NCBI GenBank assembly: GCA_964490075.1
Contig: CAZBBK010000067.1
Span: forward strand, 1-32,296
Direction: 5' to 3'
Origin: an uncultured Gemmatimonadota bacterium
GTDB lineage: Bacteria > GCA-2686955
Length of the DNA: 32,296 nt
Positions 22,026-30,273 of the stretch are shown piece after piece. The translations under genes were made by a program, and so were the position numbers. The notes below the pieces were generated by a model. It was given only the letters and a program-made list of their open reading frames with translations, made no database searches and was not told the DNA's origin. Each line of letters starts with the position of its first letter. Positions within the stretch are counted from its first letter, which is position 1.

Positions 22026-23425
22026 TGGAATCGAGGTTCGCCGGCGTCGAATTCCAGGCTCTTGCAAGCTCCGAGAAGCTCCTGGGCGCCATGGGCATGG
22101 GCCCATTGGCACAGGCGCCCTTCACGCTCCAATGCCGCGATGGGGCGGACCACGCAACCGGCGCAGTAGCCCGCATAGCGACAGCCTTCGCAGTCCTCCG
22201 GTCCCGGCGTCTTGAGGTTCCGCATTCTGTCCAAGATCGGCTTGCGCAGAGCTTCTTCGAGGGTCTCTCGTCGCAGATCCGCGAAGCTATCGCTTTCCGG
22301 GAGCACGATGCAAGTACGAAGCTTGGCGTGCGGAGAGAGAATGAGGTTCTTATGGCCGGCGCCGCAGTTCTCGGACCCGGATGCCCTCTGCTCCTCGTCC
22401 AGCACGGTCAGGAATCCCGCGTACTTTCTCGCCAACTCAGTTTCCATCTCGGCAACTGCCTCGACGTCGAGGCCCTGCCACCTCCAGGCCAGCTCGGTTC
22501 CGTGACCAAAGGGAGTGACAGGGCTGTAGGAAAAGAGGCGAGCGCCCAATGCCTTCGCCAGCAGCAGCGTTTCCTCGATCTTGAATGCGGACTCGGGAAG
22601 AGCGGTCATCGCCGCTCGTACGAAGATCCCTCGCTCCGCGAGCAGGCCGATCGCGCGCGTTGCCGTGGCGAAGGCCCCAGGGGCGCTGGTTCGGTCGTGC
22701 GTTTCTGCATCCGGACCGTCCAGACTGATGCCAACGAGCAGCCGATCGTACCATTGCAGCAGTTCGTCGGCGACAACGCGGTCGATCAATGTGCCGTTGG
22801 TCAGCAAGGCAACACTTCGGAACTTCCGGAAGCAGTACTCGAGGATCTCTCCGATCTGGGGATGCAGGAAGGGCTCGCCGCCCGATATTTCGATGCTCCC
22901 CAGGCCCAGGTCGGCCCACTCGTCGAGAATCGATCGCAGCTCTTCCACGTCCATGTCCCCGCAGCGGCTCTTCTCGAAGTCGTTGTAACAGTAGGAGCAG
23001 GCGAGATTGCACCGGCTCGAAACCTCGATCGTAATGTGGATCGGAACGTAGAACTCGTGGCTACCGGAAACCGGCGGCGTGCGCGCGGGAGTTTCGTGGT
23101 CGTTCAACACGATCTCTCCGCGCTGCCGCGCTTCGCCGAGGAAATCACACAGCTTCGCTGTGACCTCCGGGTGGTCGGGGATGCCCAACGCCTTCGGTAA
23201 GTCAGCGATGCGTTGCGACCCGTCGCAGAGCGACAACACCCGCGCCGCGTCATGGTTCACGCGCCAAAGCTTGTCACGAAAGGGGAAACCGGGACGCTTC
23301 GCGCCGGCGCCGGAGAACTGACGTACATAGCAGTCACCCGGTGTGAGGTGAATAGACGTCAGTTCCTCCACGCAGGGGAAGAGCGATTCGGCATTGCCGA
23401 TGAGGGCCGCGGTATCGGTACGCAT
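22022..23425 (-). CDS. RRE(PqqD)-radical SAM-SPASM peptide maturase, AlbA-like sactisynthase (467 aa)
   Basis: PqqD-like VNHDAARVLSLCDGSQRIADL; CNLACSYC; SGGEP; TNGT; ISLDG; seven SPASM Cys (CGAG, RTC, CEGCRYAGYCAGC, LCQW). Several blocks match Bacillus AlbA as recalled from memory. Confidence 0.9.
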   Translation of the reverse strand: MRTDTAALIGNAESLFPCVEELTSIHLTPGDCYVRQFSGAGAKRPGFPFRDKLWRVNHDAARVLSLCDGSQRIADLPKALGIPDHPEVTAKLCDFLGEARQRGEIVLNDHETPARTPPVSGSHEFYVPIHITIEVSSRCNLACSYCYNDFEKSRCGDMDVEELRSILDEWADLGLGSIEISGGEPFLHPQIGEILEYCFRKFRSVALLTNGTLIDRVVADELLQWYDRLLVGISLDGPDAETHDRTSAPGAFATATRAIGLLAERGIFVRAAMTALPESAFKIEETLLLAKALGARLFSYSPVTPFGHGTELAWRWQGLDVEAVAEMETELARKYAGFLTVLDEEQRASGSENCGAGHKNLILSPHAKLRTCIVLPESDSFADLRRETLEEALRKPILDRMRNLKTPGPEDCEGCRYAGYCAGCVVRPIAALEREGRLCQWAHAHGAQELLGACKSLEFDAGEPRFQ

Positions 23426-23484
23426 CAGATCCTGACCTGGCGTCGTGGGAGCGAAAGCGCATGGTGCTCCGGAAGACTCGCCTA

Positions 23485-23643
23485 CTAGGGAGAATCCTCG
23501 CAATTGTGCAGATGGACGAGGAAGGCGGAGCCGGTGACGGCCGCGCCGACCATGGGCGAGGTTCCACACGCCGCACAGATCAGGCACGCGCCGCAAGCGT
23601 TGCACTCGGGAATCGAGATCGATGAATGGCCGGGGTTGAACAT
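23485..23643 (-). CDS. Sactipeptide-type RiPP precursor (52 aa)
   Basis: GGAGG RBS 6 nt before ATG; MFNPGHSSISIPECNACGACLICAACGTSPMVGAAVTGSAFLVHLHNCEDSP with Cys at 14, 17, 20, 23, 26 and 48; lies directly upstream of the maturase. Confidence 0.88.
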   Translation of the reverse strand: MFNPGHSSISIPECNACGACLICAACGTSPMVGAAVTGSAFLVHLHNCEDSP

Positions 23644-23785
23644 CGTGACCTCCAGGGGGCCGCGCAAGACCACTGCCGGAAAGGGTGGGAATCCGGGCGC
23701 CGAAGCGCCATCGCAGCGGTCGCGGTGCCTGACGAAGTAGGGAATCGCCGCCACCGGATCTCGGGACGGCTGCTTCGCGAGGCGG

Positions 23786-23802
23786 CGCAGATACGGTGCC
23801 AG
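23786..23802 (-). promoter_or_regulatory. Candidate sigma-54 (-24/-12) promoter for the RiPP operon
   Basis: Minus strand CTGGCACCGTATCTGCG: TGGCAC with GG-N10-GC spacing, CTGC instead of TTGC; ~140 bp upstream of the precursor ATG. Confidence 0.55.
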
Positions 23803-24034
23803 CAAGCCATGAAGGCGCCGCGCCCCTGGCGTCAGACCGGGCTCGGGATGCGGAATCCGGGCGAAGTGGCCCAGCAGAGCCGAATTGCGCGACCAGCGCG
23901 ACGCCGTCCCTGGCACCTGAGTGCGGCCCTCGATCGCCACGCGCCGCTCTGCGGCGGACAGTTCGAGTCGTTCGGCTGCGCGCGGGACTTGCGCGGTGAA
24001 CGCCCGCGCACCGCTCTCTTCGTTCCCCTTCCGA

Positions 24035-24059
24035 TCAAGAATCACACAACTTTGGGCGA
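24035..24059 (+). repeat. 25-bp direct repeat, right copy
   Basis: Identical to 20304-20328. Confidence 0.95.
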
Positions 24060-24110
24060 TTCGGGCCGATCCAATGGAAAGCGACCCCTTGGCGTTTCAG
24101 AGGAGGCAGT

Positions 24111-25421
24111 TTGACCACCGCATCCGGGAACGGCGCGCTCGGCGCCGCGATACTGGACGACCCGGCCGCGTTGCGGGCGCGGCTGGCGGAGCTCGGGCTT
24201 TTTTTCCCGGTCGCCGATCGACCCTTCGTCGGCTCCGGGTCGCCGATCGGCAGTCCCTTGCGGGCCGGCGGTTTCGAGCTGGCGAATCGAGTCTCCTTGC
24301 TGCCGCCGGTGGCCGGCGACGCCGGCGAAGAGGGAGAGCCGAGCCCGGCCACCCTGGAGCGCTGGCGGGGCTACGGTCTGGGCGGCGCGGCGCTGATCTG
24401 GGGCGAGCCGATCGCGGTCTGTGAGAGCGGTCGCTCGCATCCCGCACAGCTCCTTCCGCATCCGGGAGCGCTCGCCGATCTGCGTGCCGCCGTCGCCGGC
24501 GCCCGGGAGGAGCGTTGGGGCGAGCGCGGCTGGTGCCTGGGGCTGGGGCTGGGACACGCCGGTCGCTGGGCGGTCGACGCCGCCGGGACTTCCGCGCCGC
24601 GTCCGGTGCGCCGCCACGACGCTCTCGATGCGCGCGCCGGGGTCGGCGCGGAGCAGGAGCTCTTGAGCGACCTGGAGCTGGAGGGGATCGGCGAGGAGAT
24701 CATCCGCGCCGCGCACCTGGCCTGGAACGCCGGCTTCGACTTCGTCGACCTGGTGCACACCGGCGGCGAGCTGCTGCACGAGCTGCTGGGGGCCGAGAGC
24801 CGCGGCGGTCGCTACGGAGGGTCGCTGGGGGCGCGCACCCGGCTGCTACGGCGCATCATCGCCGGGATCGCGGCGGAGGCACCGGGGCTCAGCATCGCGG
24901 TGCGGCTCTCGCTCTTCGACCGGCTGCCGGGTGCGGCGCCGGTCGCGGCCGACCTGGCCGCCGGCGAGGAGGCCCCGGTCCCGCTCGATCCCGCCGGCGC
25001 GGCGCGGCCCGAGGGCGACGCGGCGCCTGCTGCGAGCAGCCGACCCGGCGATCCGCTGGAGCCCTTCGAGGTGGTTGCGCTGCTGCGCTCGCTGGGAGTT
25101 CGGATCGTCGCCGGCTGCGGCGGCAGCCCCCACTACTCCCCCGACCTCCATCGCCCGGGGAATCGACCCTCCGACACCGACACGGGCGTCGCCGAAGATC
25201 CCCTGGTCGCCGTCGCCCGCCACCTGGCCGCCACCCGGGCGCTCAAGGCCCGCTTTCCCGATCTGCTCTGCGTGGGGGCCGGCTACTCGGCTCTGGGACC
25301 GCTCCTGCCCCACGTCGCCCCGGCCACCATCGAGCGCCAGTGGACCGACATGGTCGGACTCGGCCGTCTGGCCAACGACGACCCCACGGCCGCCTGGAGC
25401 CTGATCGGGGCGCCCGAGTAG
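24111..25421 (+). CDS. NADH:flavin oxidoreductase / Old Yellow Enzyme-fold protein with degenerate active site
   Basis: LANRV, GGAALIWGE, HAGR, AGFDFVD, YGGSLGARTR, IAVRLS, DMVGLGR; the usual HGY segment reads GGE. TTG start uncertain. Confidence 0.75.
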   Translation: MTTASGNGALGAAILDDPAALRARLAELGLFFPVADRPFVGSGSPIGSPLRAGGFELANRVSLLPPVAGDAGEEGEPSPATLERWRGYGLGGAALIWGEPIAVCESGRSHPAQLLPHPGALADLRAAVAGAREERWGERGWCLGLGLGHAGRWAVDAAGTSAPRPVRRHDALDARAGVGAEQELLSDLELEGIGEEIIRAAHLAWNAGFDFVDLVHTGGELLHELLGAESRGGRYGGSLGARTRLLRRIIAGIAAEAPGLSIAVRLSLFDRLPGAAPVAADLAAGEEAPVPLDPAGAARPEGDAAPAASSRPGDPLEPFEVVALLRSLGVRIVAGCGGSPHYSPDLHRPGNRPSDTDTGVAEDPLVAVARHLAATRALKARFPDLLCVGAGYSALGPLLPHVAPATIERQWTDMVGLGRLANDDPTAAWSLIGAPE

Positions 25422-25475
25422 CGCCTCGCCGCCTGGGTTATCTTTCGAGGCGATCCATCCTCGAAGGAGCAGCCC

Positions 25476-26954
25476 ATGATCCCGAGTCGCGCGCGCCCTC
25501 TCGCCGCCCTCCTCCCCCCTGTCGTCCTGGTGGCGTGGCAGCTCTGCGCCGCGCCCGCGGCCTGCGCCGATGGAATCGGTCCCTGGCCGATCTGGGCCCA
25601 GGAGTGGAACGACGATGCCAACGACAACCGCCTCGACGACCACCTCGAGGGCTTCGGCGCGCCGGGTGAGACGGTCCTGGTCGACCTCTTCATCACCTTC
25701 GGGCGCAGCGACTGGGACGAGCGCAAGGCCGAGCTCCTGAGCGACGTGCAGGCGGTGCTCGACATGCACTCCGGGACGGTCGCCGACGACTACGAGGTGA
25801 TGCCGACGCTCCTGGTGCAGGACGCCGAGCTGCTCTACCCCCTGTGGATGGAGGGCGAAGGCTACTTCGATCCGCTGCTCTACGACCTCTTCGAGACCTT
25901 CGAGCTGCCGATCGTGATGTGCCAGTCGCTACACCGTTTCGCGCCCGCGCTCACCGACTACCTGCTCGCCGATCGCATCGCCCCCGATCTCTGGGTCCCG
26001 GCGGCCTTCCCGAACATCCCCGGGCCCGGCGCCGGCATCGCCTCGCTGGTGGCGATCGTCGACACCGGCGCCGAGGAGCTGGGCATCGACCACTACCTCT
26101 ACGCCGGCGGTTACGACGCTTTCAACCAGGTCGAGGAGGACCCGCACGATCTGAGCGCCAACAGCGGCCTCTACCACGGAACCCGGGTCGGCTACGCCGC
26201 CACCGGCTGGGATTTCGCGCCGATCGACCTCTACGGCGCCGCCCCCCTCTCGGCCTTCATCGACATCCGGGTGGCCGAGGAGGACACCGCCTACGGCGCC
26301 CACAGCGGCACCATCATGAACGCCATCAACTGGCTCTGGGCGAAGCGCGCCGACACCTTCACCGCGAACTACGGCGCGCAATTCGACGGCATCGACGTGG
26401 CCAGCATCAGCTACGCCGACATGGGCCCGGTGGCGCACCGCTTCGTGCCGGGCTCGGGCGACTGCGCCACGATCGCGCCCTCCGACGGCAACGATCCGAT
26501 CTCGTTGGCGGCCGACACCCTCTCCGAGCTGGGCGGGGTGTCGGTGGTGGCGGCGGCCGGCAACTGCGGCACCTATCCCACCACCGGCTTCGGCCAGCTG
26601 GCGGCGGCCGACGAGGTGATCACGGTCGGCGCCTACGACATGGCCGACCCGGCGACCCGTGCCGACGACCTGATCTTCGACTGGACGAGCCACGGCCCCG
26701 GCCCGCAATCGACGCCCAAGCCAGATCTGGTGGCCCCCGGCGCGGTGCTCTTCGACCAGGGCACCTCCTTCGCCGCCCCGCAGGTCGCCGGGGCGGTGGC
26801 GCTGCTGCGCGAGATCGACCCCCTGGCGACCCCGGCCGAGATCAAGCAGGCGCTGATCGAGAGCGCGGTCAAGGCGCCGGGCTACTTCCAGCACGACGAT
26901 CACTGGGGGCACGGTCTGCTGGACGCGGCGGCGGCGCGGGACTCGCTGGACTGA
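25476..26954 (+). CDS. Secreted S8 subtilisin-like serine peptidase
   Basis: AAGGAG RBS; signal peptide; IVDTG, HGTRV, AAAGN, KPDLVAPG, GTSFAAPQVAG, WGHGLLD. Confidence 0.92.
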   Translation: MIPSRARPLAALLPPVVLVAWQLCAAPAACADGIGPWPIWAQEWNDDANDNRLDDHLEGFGAPGETVLVDLFITFGRSDWDERKAELLSDVQAVLDMHSGTVADDYEVMPTLLVQDAELLYPLWMEGEGYFDPLLYDLFETFELPIVMCQSLHRFAPALTDYLLADRIAPDLWVPAAFPNIPGPGAGIASLVAIVDTGAEELGIDHYLYAGGYDAFNQVEEDPHDLSANSGLYHGTRVGYAATGWDFAPIDLYGAAPLSAFIDIRVAEEDTAYGAHSGTIMNAINWLWAKRADTFTANYGAQFDGIDVASISYADMGPVAHRFVPGSGDCATIAPSDGNDPISLAADTLSELGGVSVVAAAGNCGTYPTTGFGQLAAADEVITVGAYDMADPATRADDLIFDWTSHGPGPQSTPKPDLVAPGAVLFDQGTSFAAPQVAGAVALLREIDPLATPAEIKQALIESAVKAPGYFQHDDHWGHGLLDAAAARDSLD

Positions 26955-27387
26955 CGCCGCCCTTGGCGGTGCCGCGGGCCCAGGCCTCGAAGAGCCGCTC
27001 CAGCTCGGCGACGAAGTCGGCCAGGGCGCGCGGCTTGGGGATGTAGCGCCGGGCTCCGAGGCCGTAGGCCTCGCGGATGTCGTGCTCGGCTCGTGACGAG
27101 GAGAGCACCACCACCGGAATCGAGCGCAACGCCGGATCGGCTCGCAGGCGGGCCAGCAGCTCGCGGCCGTCGATCCGCGGCAGGTTGAGATCGAGCAGCA
27201 CCAGGTCGGGTTGCGCCGTCGCACCACGGCCGGCGAGCCACCGATGAGCCTGCTCGCCGTCGCGCGCCACGCTCAGCTCCACCGCCACCGGGGCGTCGCG
27301 GGCGATGCTGCGGATCAGCTCGACTTCGGCGGGGTGGTCCTCGACCAACAGCACCGCCAGCGGACGCGTGGGACCGTTCCGGCTCAT
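26869..27387 (-). CDS. Single-domain response regulator (Rcp1-like)
   Basis: LLVED, PDLVLLDLNLPRIDG, IPVVVLSSS, KP; ATG overlaps the kinase stop; tail overlaps the S8 gene. Confidence 0.9.
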   Translation of the reverse strand: MSRNGPTRPLAVLLVEDHPAEVELIRSIARDAPVAVELSVARDGEQAHRWLAGRGATAQPDLVLLDLNLPRIDGRELLARLRADPALRSIPVVVLSSSRAEHDIREAYGLGARRYIPKPRALADFVAELERLFEAWARGTAKGGVSPASPAPPPRPADRAPSDRRAGSSPAP

Positions 27388-29015
27388 CGTTTCGTCTCCG
27401 CGATCCGGCGCAGCGTGAAATGAAAGGTCGCCCCGGCGCCCTCCTCCGACTCGACCCAGATCTTCCCCTCGTGCAGCTCCACGACCCGCCGCGCGATCGC
27501 CAGTCCGACTCCGGTTCCCGGGAACTCCTCGAGCAGGTTGAGCCGCTTGAAGGGCTGGAACACCTGCGCGGCGTAGCGCGGGTCGATGCCGATGCCGTTG
27601 TCGCGCACCCAGCAGTGGCACATCTCCCCCTCGCGGCTGCCGCCGATGTGGATGCGCGGCGCCGGCTCGCCGCGGAACTTCAGCGCGTTGCCGACCAGGT
27701 TGCGCAAGAGCCGCACCAGGTGCAGGCGGTCGCCGCGCACCGTGCACAGCTTCTCGCGGCTGATCTCGGCGCCGGCGGCCTTGATCTCCGCGCGCAGCAC
27801 CCTGAGCGCCTCGGCCAGCGCGTCGTTCAGATCGACCGGCTCGAAGCGCGGCGGCCGGGTGGAGGTGCGCGAGAGCTCCAGCAGGCTGTCGATCATCGCC
27901 TGCATGCGCCGGGTCTCGCTGACGATATGACCGAGCCAGCCCTCGACCCTCTCGTCCCGCGGACCGCCGCCCCGGATCGCGATCAGCTCGGCGAAGCGGG
28001 CCACGATCGCCAAGGGCTCCTGCAGGTCGTGGGAAGCGGAGTAGGCGAACTGCTCCAGCTCGGCATTGGAGCGCTGCAGATCGCCCGCGCGGCGCGCCAG
28101 CTCGGCCTCGGCCCGCCTCACCGCCCCGATATCGTCGACGATCACCACCGCCCGGCCGTAGTCCGGGGGATCGCCGGGCACGTTGATATGCAGCCGCACC
28201 TCGAGCCGCTCGCCGTCCAGAGTGCCGTGCACCGTCTGGGTCGCGAAGCGGGTCTCGCCCTTCAGGAGGGCCAGGCAGTTGGCGCGGAAGGTGGGCAGGG
28301 TCTCGGGCAGGAAGATTCGCTGCAGCGAGTCCAGGAGCTCGTTCTTCGACTCCGCCTTGTGCATGCGCAGCGTGGCCGGGTTGACATCGAGGATTCGCAC
28401 CGTCCCCAGCAGCTCGTCCAGCACCGCCGGGTCGCTGTCGAGATGCTTCTCCAGCGCGTCGCCGTGGCGCGCCTCGAGCCGCTCCAGCGCCTTCTTGAGC
28501 TCCCAGAGATCCTCCTCCCAGATCGCCACCGGCGCCCCCTCCGCCAGGGAGCGGTAGCGCGCCTCGCGCAGGCGCGCGCTGCGCTGGGCGCTCTTGCGGG
28601 CCGAGAGATCGTGGACGATTCCGCAGACGCCCTTCAGGCTGCCCTCGGCCGAGAGGATCGGCGCCAGGCTGATGCGCACCGGGATGCGCCGTCCGCTCTT
28701 GGCCAGGCGCACGGTTTCGTACTCCTCCACCCGCTCGCCGCGCCGCATCCGTGCCAAGATATCCATCCCCTCGTCGCGCAGCTCCTCGGGCATGAGGATG
28801 GTCAGATCGCGCCCCAGGATCTCCTCGGCTGTGTAGCCGAAGAGCTTCTCCGCGGCGGGGTTCCAGCTGCGGATGGCGCCCTGGCGGTCGACCGAGATCA
28901 GCGCGTCGGGGGACGCGGCCACCAGGGCGGCCAGCTCGGCCGCGGCCTGCTCGCCGGAGGGGACCGGCGCGGCGCCGGAAGAGCGGCTTCCTGTTTCGAG
29001 CTGCTGGGGGCTCAT
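27384..29015 (-). CDS. Cytoplasmic PAS-PAS sensor histidine kinase (Cph1-type kinase core)
   Basis: WNPAAEKLFGY PAS, second PAS (IWEED...VNPATL), FAYSASHDLQEPL, NLVGNALKF, DNGIGI, GTGVGLAI; start at ATG 29015. Confidence 0.92.
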   Translation of the reverse strand: MSPQQLETGSRSSGAAPVPSGEQAAAELAALVAASPDALISVDRQGAIRSWNPAAEKLFGYTAEEILGRDLTILMPEELRDEGMDILARMRRGERVEEYETVRLAKSGRRIPVRISLAPILSAEGSLKGVCGIVHDLSARKSAQRSARLREARYRSLAEGAPVAIWEEDLWELKKALERLEARHGDALEKHLDSDPAVLDELLGTVRILDVNPATLRMHKAESKNELLDSLQRIFLPETLPTFRANCLALLKGETRFATQTVHGTLDGERLEVRLHINVPGDPPDYGRAVVIVDDIGAVRRAEAELARRAGDLQRSNAELEQFAYSASHDLQEPLAIVARFAELIAIRGGGPRDERVEGWLGHIVSETRRMQAMIDSLLELSRTSTRPPRFEPVDLNDALAEALRVLRAEIKAAGAEISREKLCTVRGDRLHLVRLLRNLVGNALKFRGEPAPRIHIGGSREGEMCHCWVRDNGIGIDPRYAAQVFQPFKRLNLLEEFPGTGVGLAIARRVVELHEGKIWVESEEGAGATFHFTLRRIAETKR

Positions 29016-29194
29016 GGCCCTCCGGGGGTCGGATCGGCGGAAGACCGGGGCGGGGCGCGCGAGGGGCGGGGGAGTCGCGCCGCCGTGGCCACCACCGTCT
29101 CGAGCGGAGGCCCACGCCCGACCATAGCCCTTCCCCGGCGCGCGGTCTGTCCGGGGTTTCACGGATCGAAGGGGATTTTTCGCGGCGCGGCTCC

Positions 29195-30034
29195 TCAGAG
29201 CGGCGGCGCGCCGCCTCGGTGCGGCGGCTCCAGGTCGCGCGCCAGGAAGGGCACGCCGCCGATCACCCAGAGCCCGAGCAGCCCGCCGCGCAGCGCCGCC
29301 ATCGCACCCTCGCCGTCCAGCGACTCGAAGGTCCACCAGCGCAGGGCGAGGCTGGTGGCGGCGCCGATCGCCAGGCGGGCGAGCGCGGCGCGAACGCCGG
29401 CGGGCGGGCGCAGGCGGGGGCCGAGCAGGTGTAGAACCGCCGTGCCCGCGAGGATCGCGCCGGCGAGCAGAGCCCCGAGCTCGAGCCCGGCGCCGGTTGC
29501 CGACCCACCCAGCACGATGGCGGGGGCGAGCAGCGTCGCGGCCAGCAGCGCGCTCCCGCGAGTCCTCCCCCGCGAATCCCCTCCCCCGCGACCCACGATC
29601 CGGCGCCGGATCCACACCAGGAGGGGCAGCGCGAGCAGCAGCGCGATCGCCACCGGCGCCGCCCCGCGCCCGACCAGCTCGGCGGCCAGCACCGCACTCG
29701 CGGCCGCCGCCGCCGTCCAGCGCGCCGCGCCGCGGCTCACCAGCGCCCAGCCGCCGAGCACCACCGCCGCCAGGCCCGCGCGCCCCGAGAGCAGCGCCTC
29801 CGTCCCTTCGGGGCCGCCGGGCAGCCACCACCAGGGAGCGCTGGACCCGGCGCCGGACCCACCCCAGGCCGCGAGCGCAAACCACAGCCCCCCCGCCGCG
29901 GCGCCGCTCACCGCCGCGGCACGAAAGCGGGCGCACCAGAAGCCCCACCCGACCACGATCAAGAGCGCAAAGGGGCTGCCCAGGCCCGAGAGAAGCGCCG
30001 TCAAGGTCGACCATTGCATGCTGCATTGGATCAT
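29195..30034 (-). CDS. Hypothetical multi-pass membrane protein (possible degenerate PAP2-like)
   Basis: Seven to eight hydrophobic segments; the N-terminal LSGLGS...WGFWC resembles PAP2-family starts but no catalytic motifs are seen. Start may be 30019. Confidence 0.55.
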   Translation of the reverse strand: MIQCSMQWSTLTALLSGLGSPFALLIVVGWGFWCARFRAAAVSGAAAGGLWFALAAWGGSGAGSSAPWWWLPGGPEGTEALLSGRAGLAAVVLGGWALVSRGAARWTAAAAASAVLAAELVGRGAAPVAIALLLALPLLVWIRRRIVGRGGGDSRGRTRGSALLAATLLAPAIVLGGSATGAGLELGALLAGAILAGTAVLHLLGPRLRPPAGVRAALARLAIGAATSLALRWWTFESLDGEGAMAALRGGLLGLWVIGGVPFLARDLEPPHRGGAPPL

Positions 30035-30060
30035 GAAGCGCCCCGGAGGGGGCGATGCAT

Positions 30061-30083
30061 TTCTCGAACAGCGCGCTCGAGAA
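30061..30083. promoter_or_regulatory. Inverted repeat, candidate upstream activator site
   Basis: TTCTCGA-N9-TCGAGAA about 115-140 bp upstream of the sigma-54 motif. Confidence 0.3.
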
Positions 30084-30198
30084 TCTGCGCGGGGCCTGAA
30101 CAGAGGGGGTCGTGGCGGGACCCGCCGGGAGCGCCCGCGATCGGCGCAAAAGCCCGTGACACTGCAAGATATCCGCGCATCGCCGGGCCCTCCCGAGC

Positions 30199-30214
30199 TG
30201 GCATGCCGATTGCG
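30199..30214 (+). promoter_or_regulatory. Sigma-54 (-24/-12) promoter
   Basis: TGGCATGCCGATTGCG: GG-N10-GC with TTGC, 60 bp upstream of ATG 30274. Confidence 0.7.
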
Positions 30215-30273
30215 TAGTAGGCGGCCGAACCGTGCCGCCGGTGCACGGGACGCGCAGCCAAGGGGATTCCGCC

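Larger units (their letters stand above)
20304..24059. mobile_element. Putative ~3.7-kb genomic islet carrying the RiPP cluster (no integrase inside)
   Basis: Bounded by exact 25-bp direct repeats. Spot GC counts: 34/60 (line 21001) and 33/60 (line 22801) versus 52/60 (line 19201, outside). Confidence 0.6.

Noticed and set aside
22022-23605. Precursor-maturase fusion or 527-aa maturase
   Set aside because: The precursor is in another frame with its own RBS and stop; AlbA-like similarity begins just after ATG 23425.
23911-23926. Plus-strand TGGCACCTGAGTGC as a sigma-54 promoter
   Set aside because: Spacing is GG-N9-GC rather than the required N10.
27384-29015. Bacteriophytochrome
   Set aside because: The kinase core and Rcp1-like partner resemble that class, but there is no GAF-PHY module or DIP/PASDIP motif.
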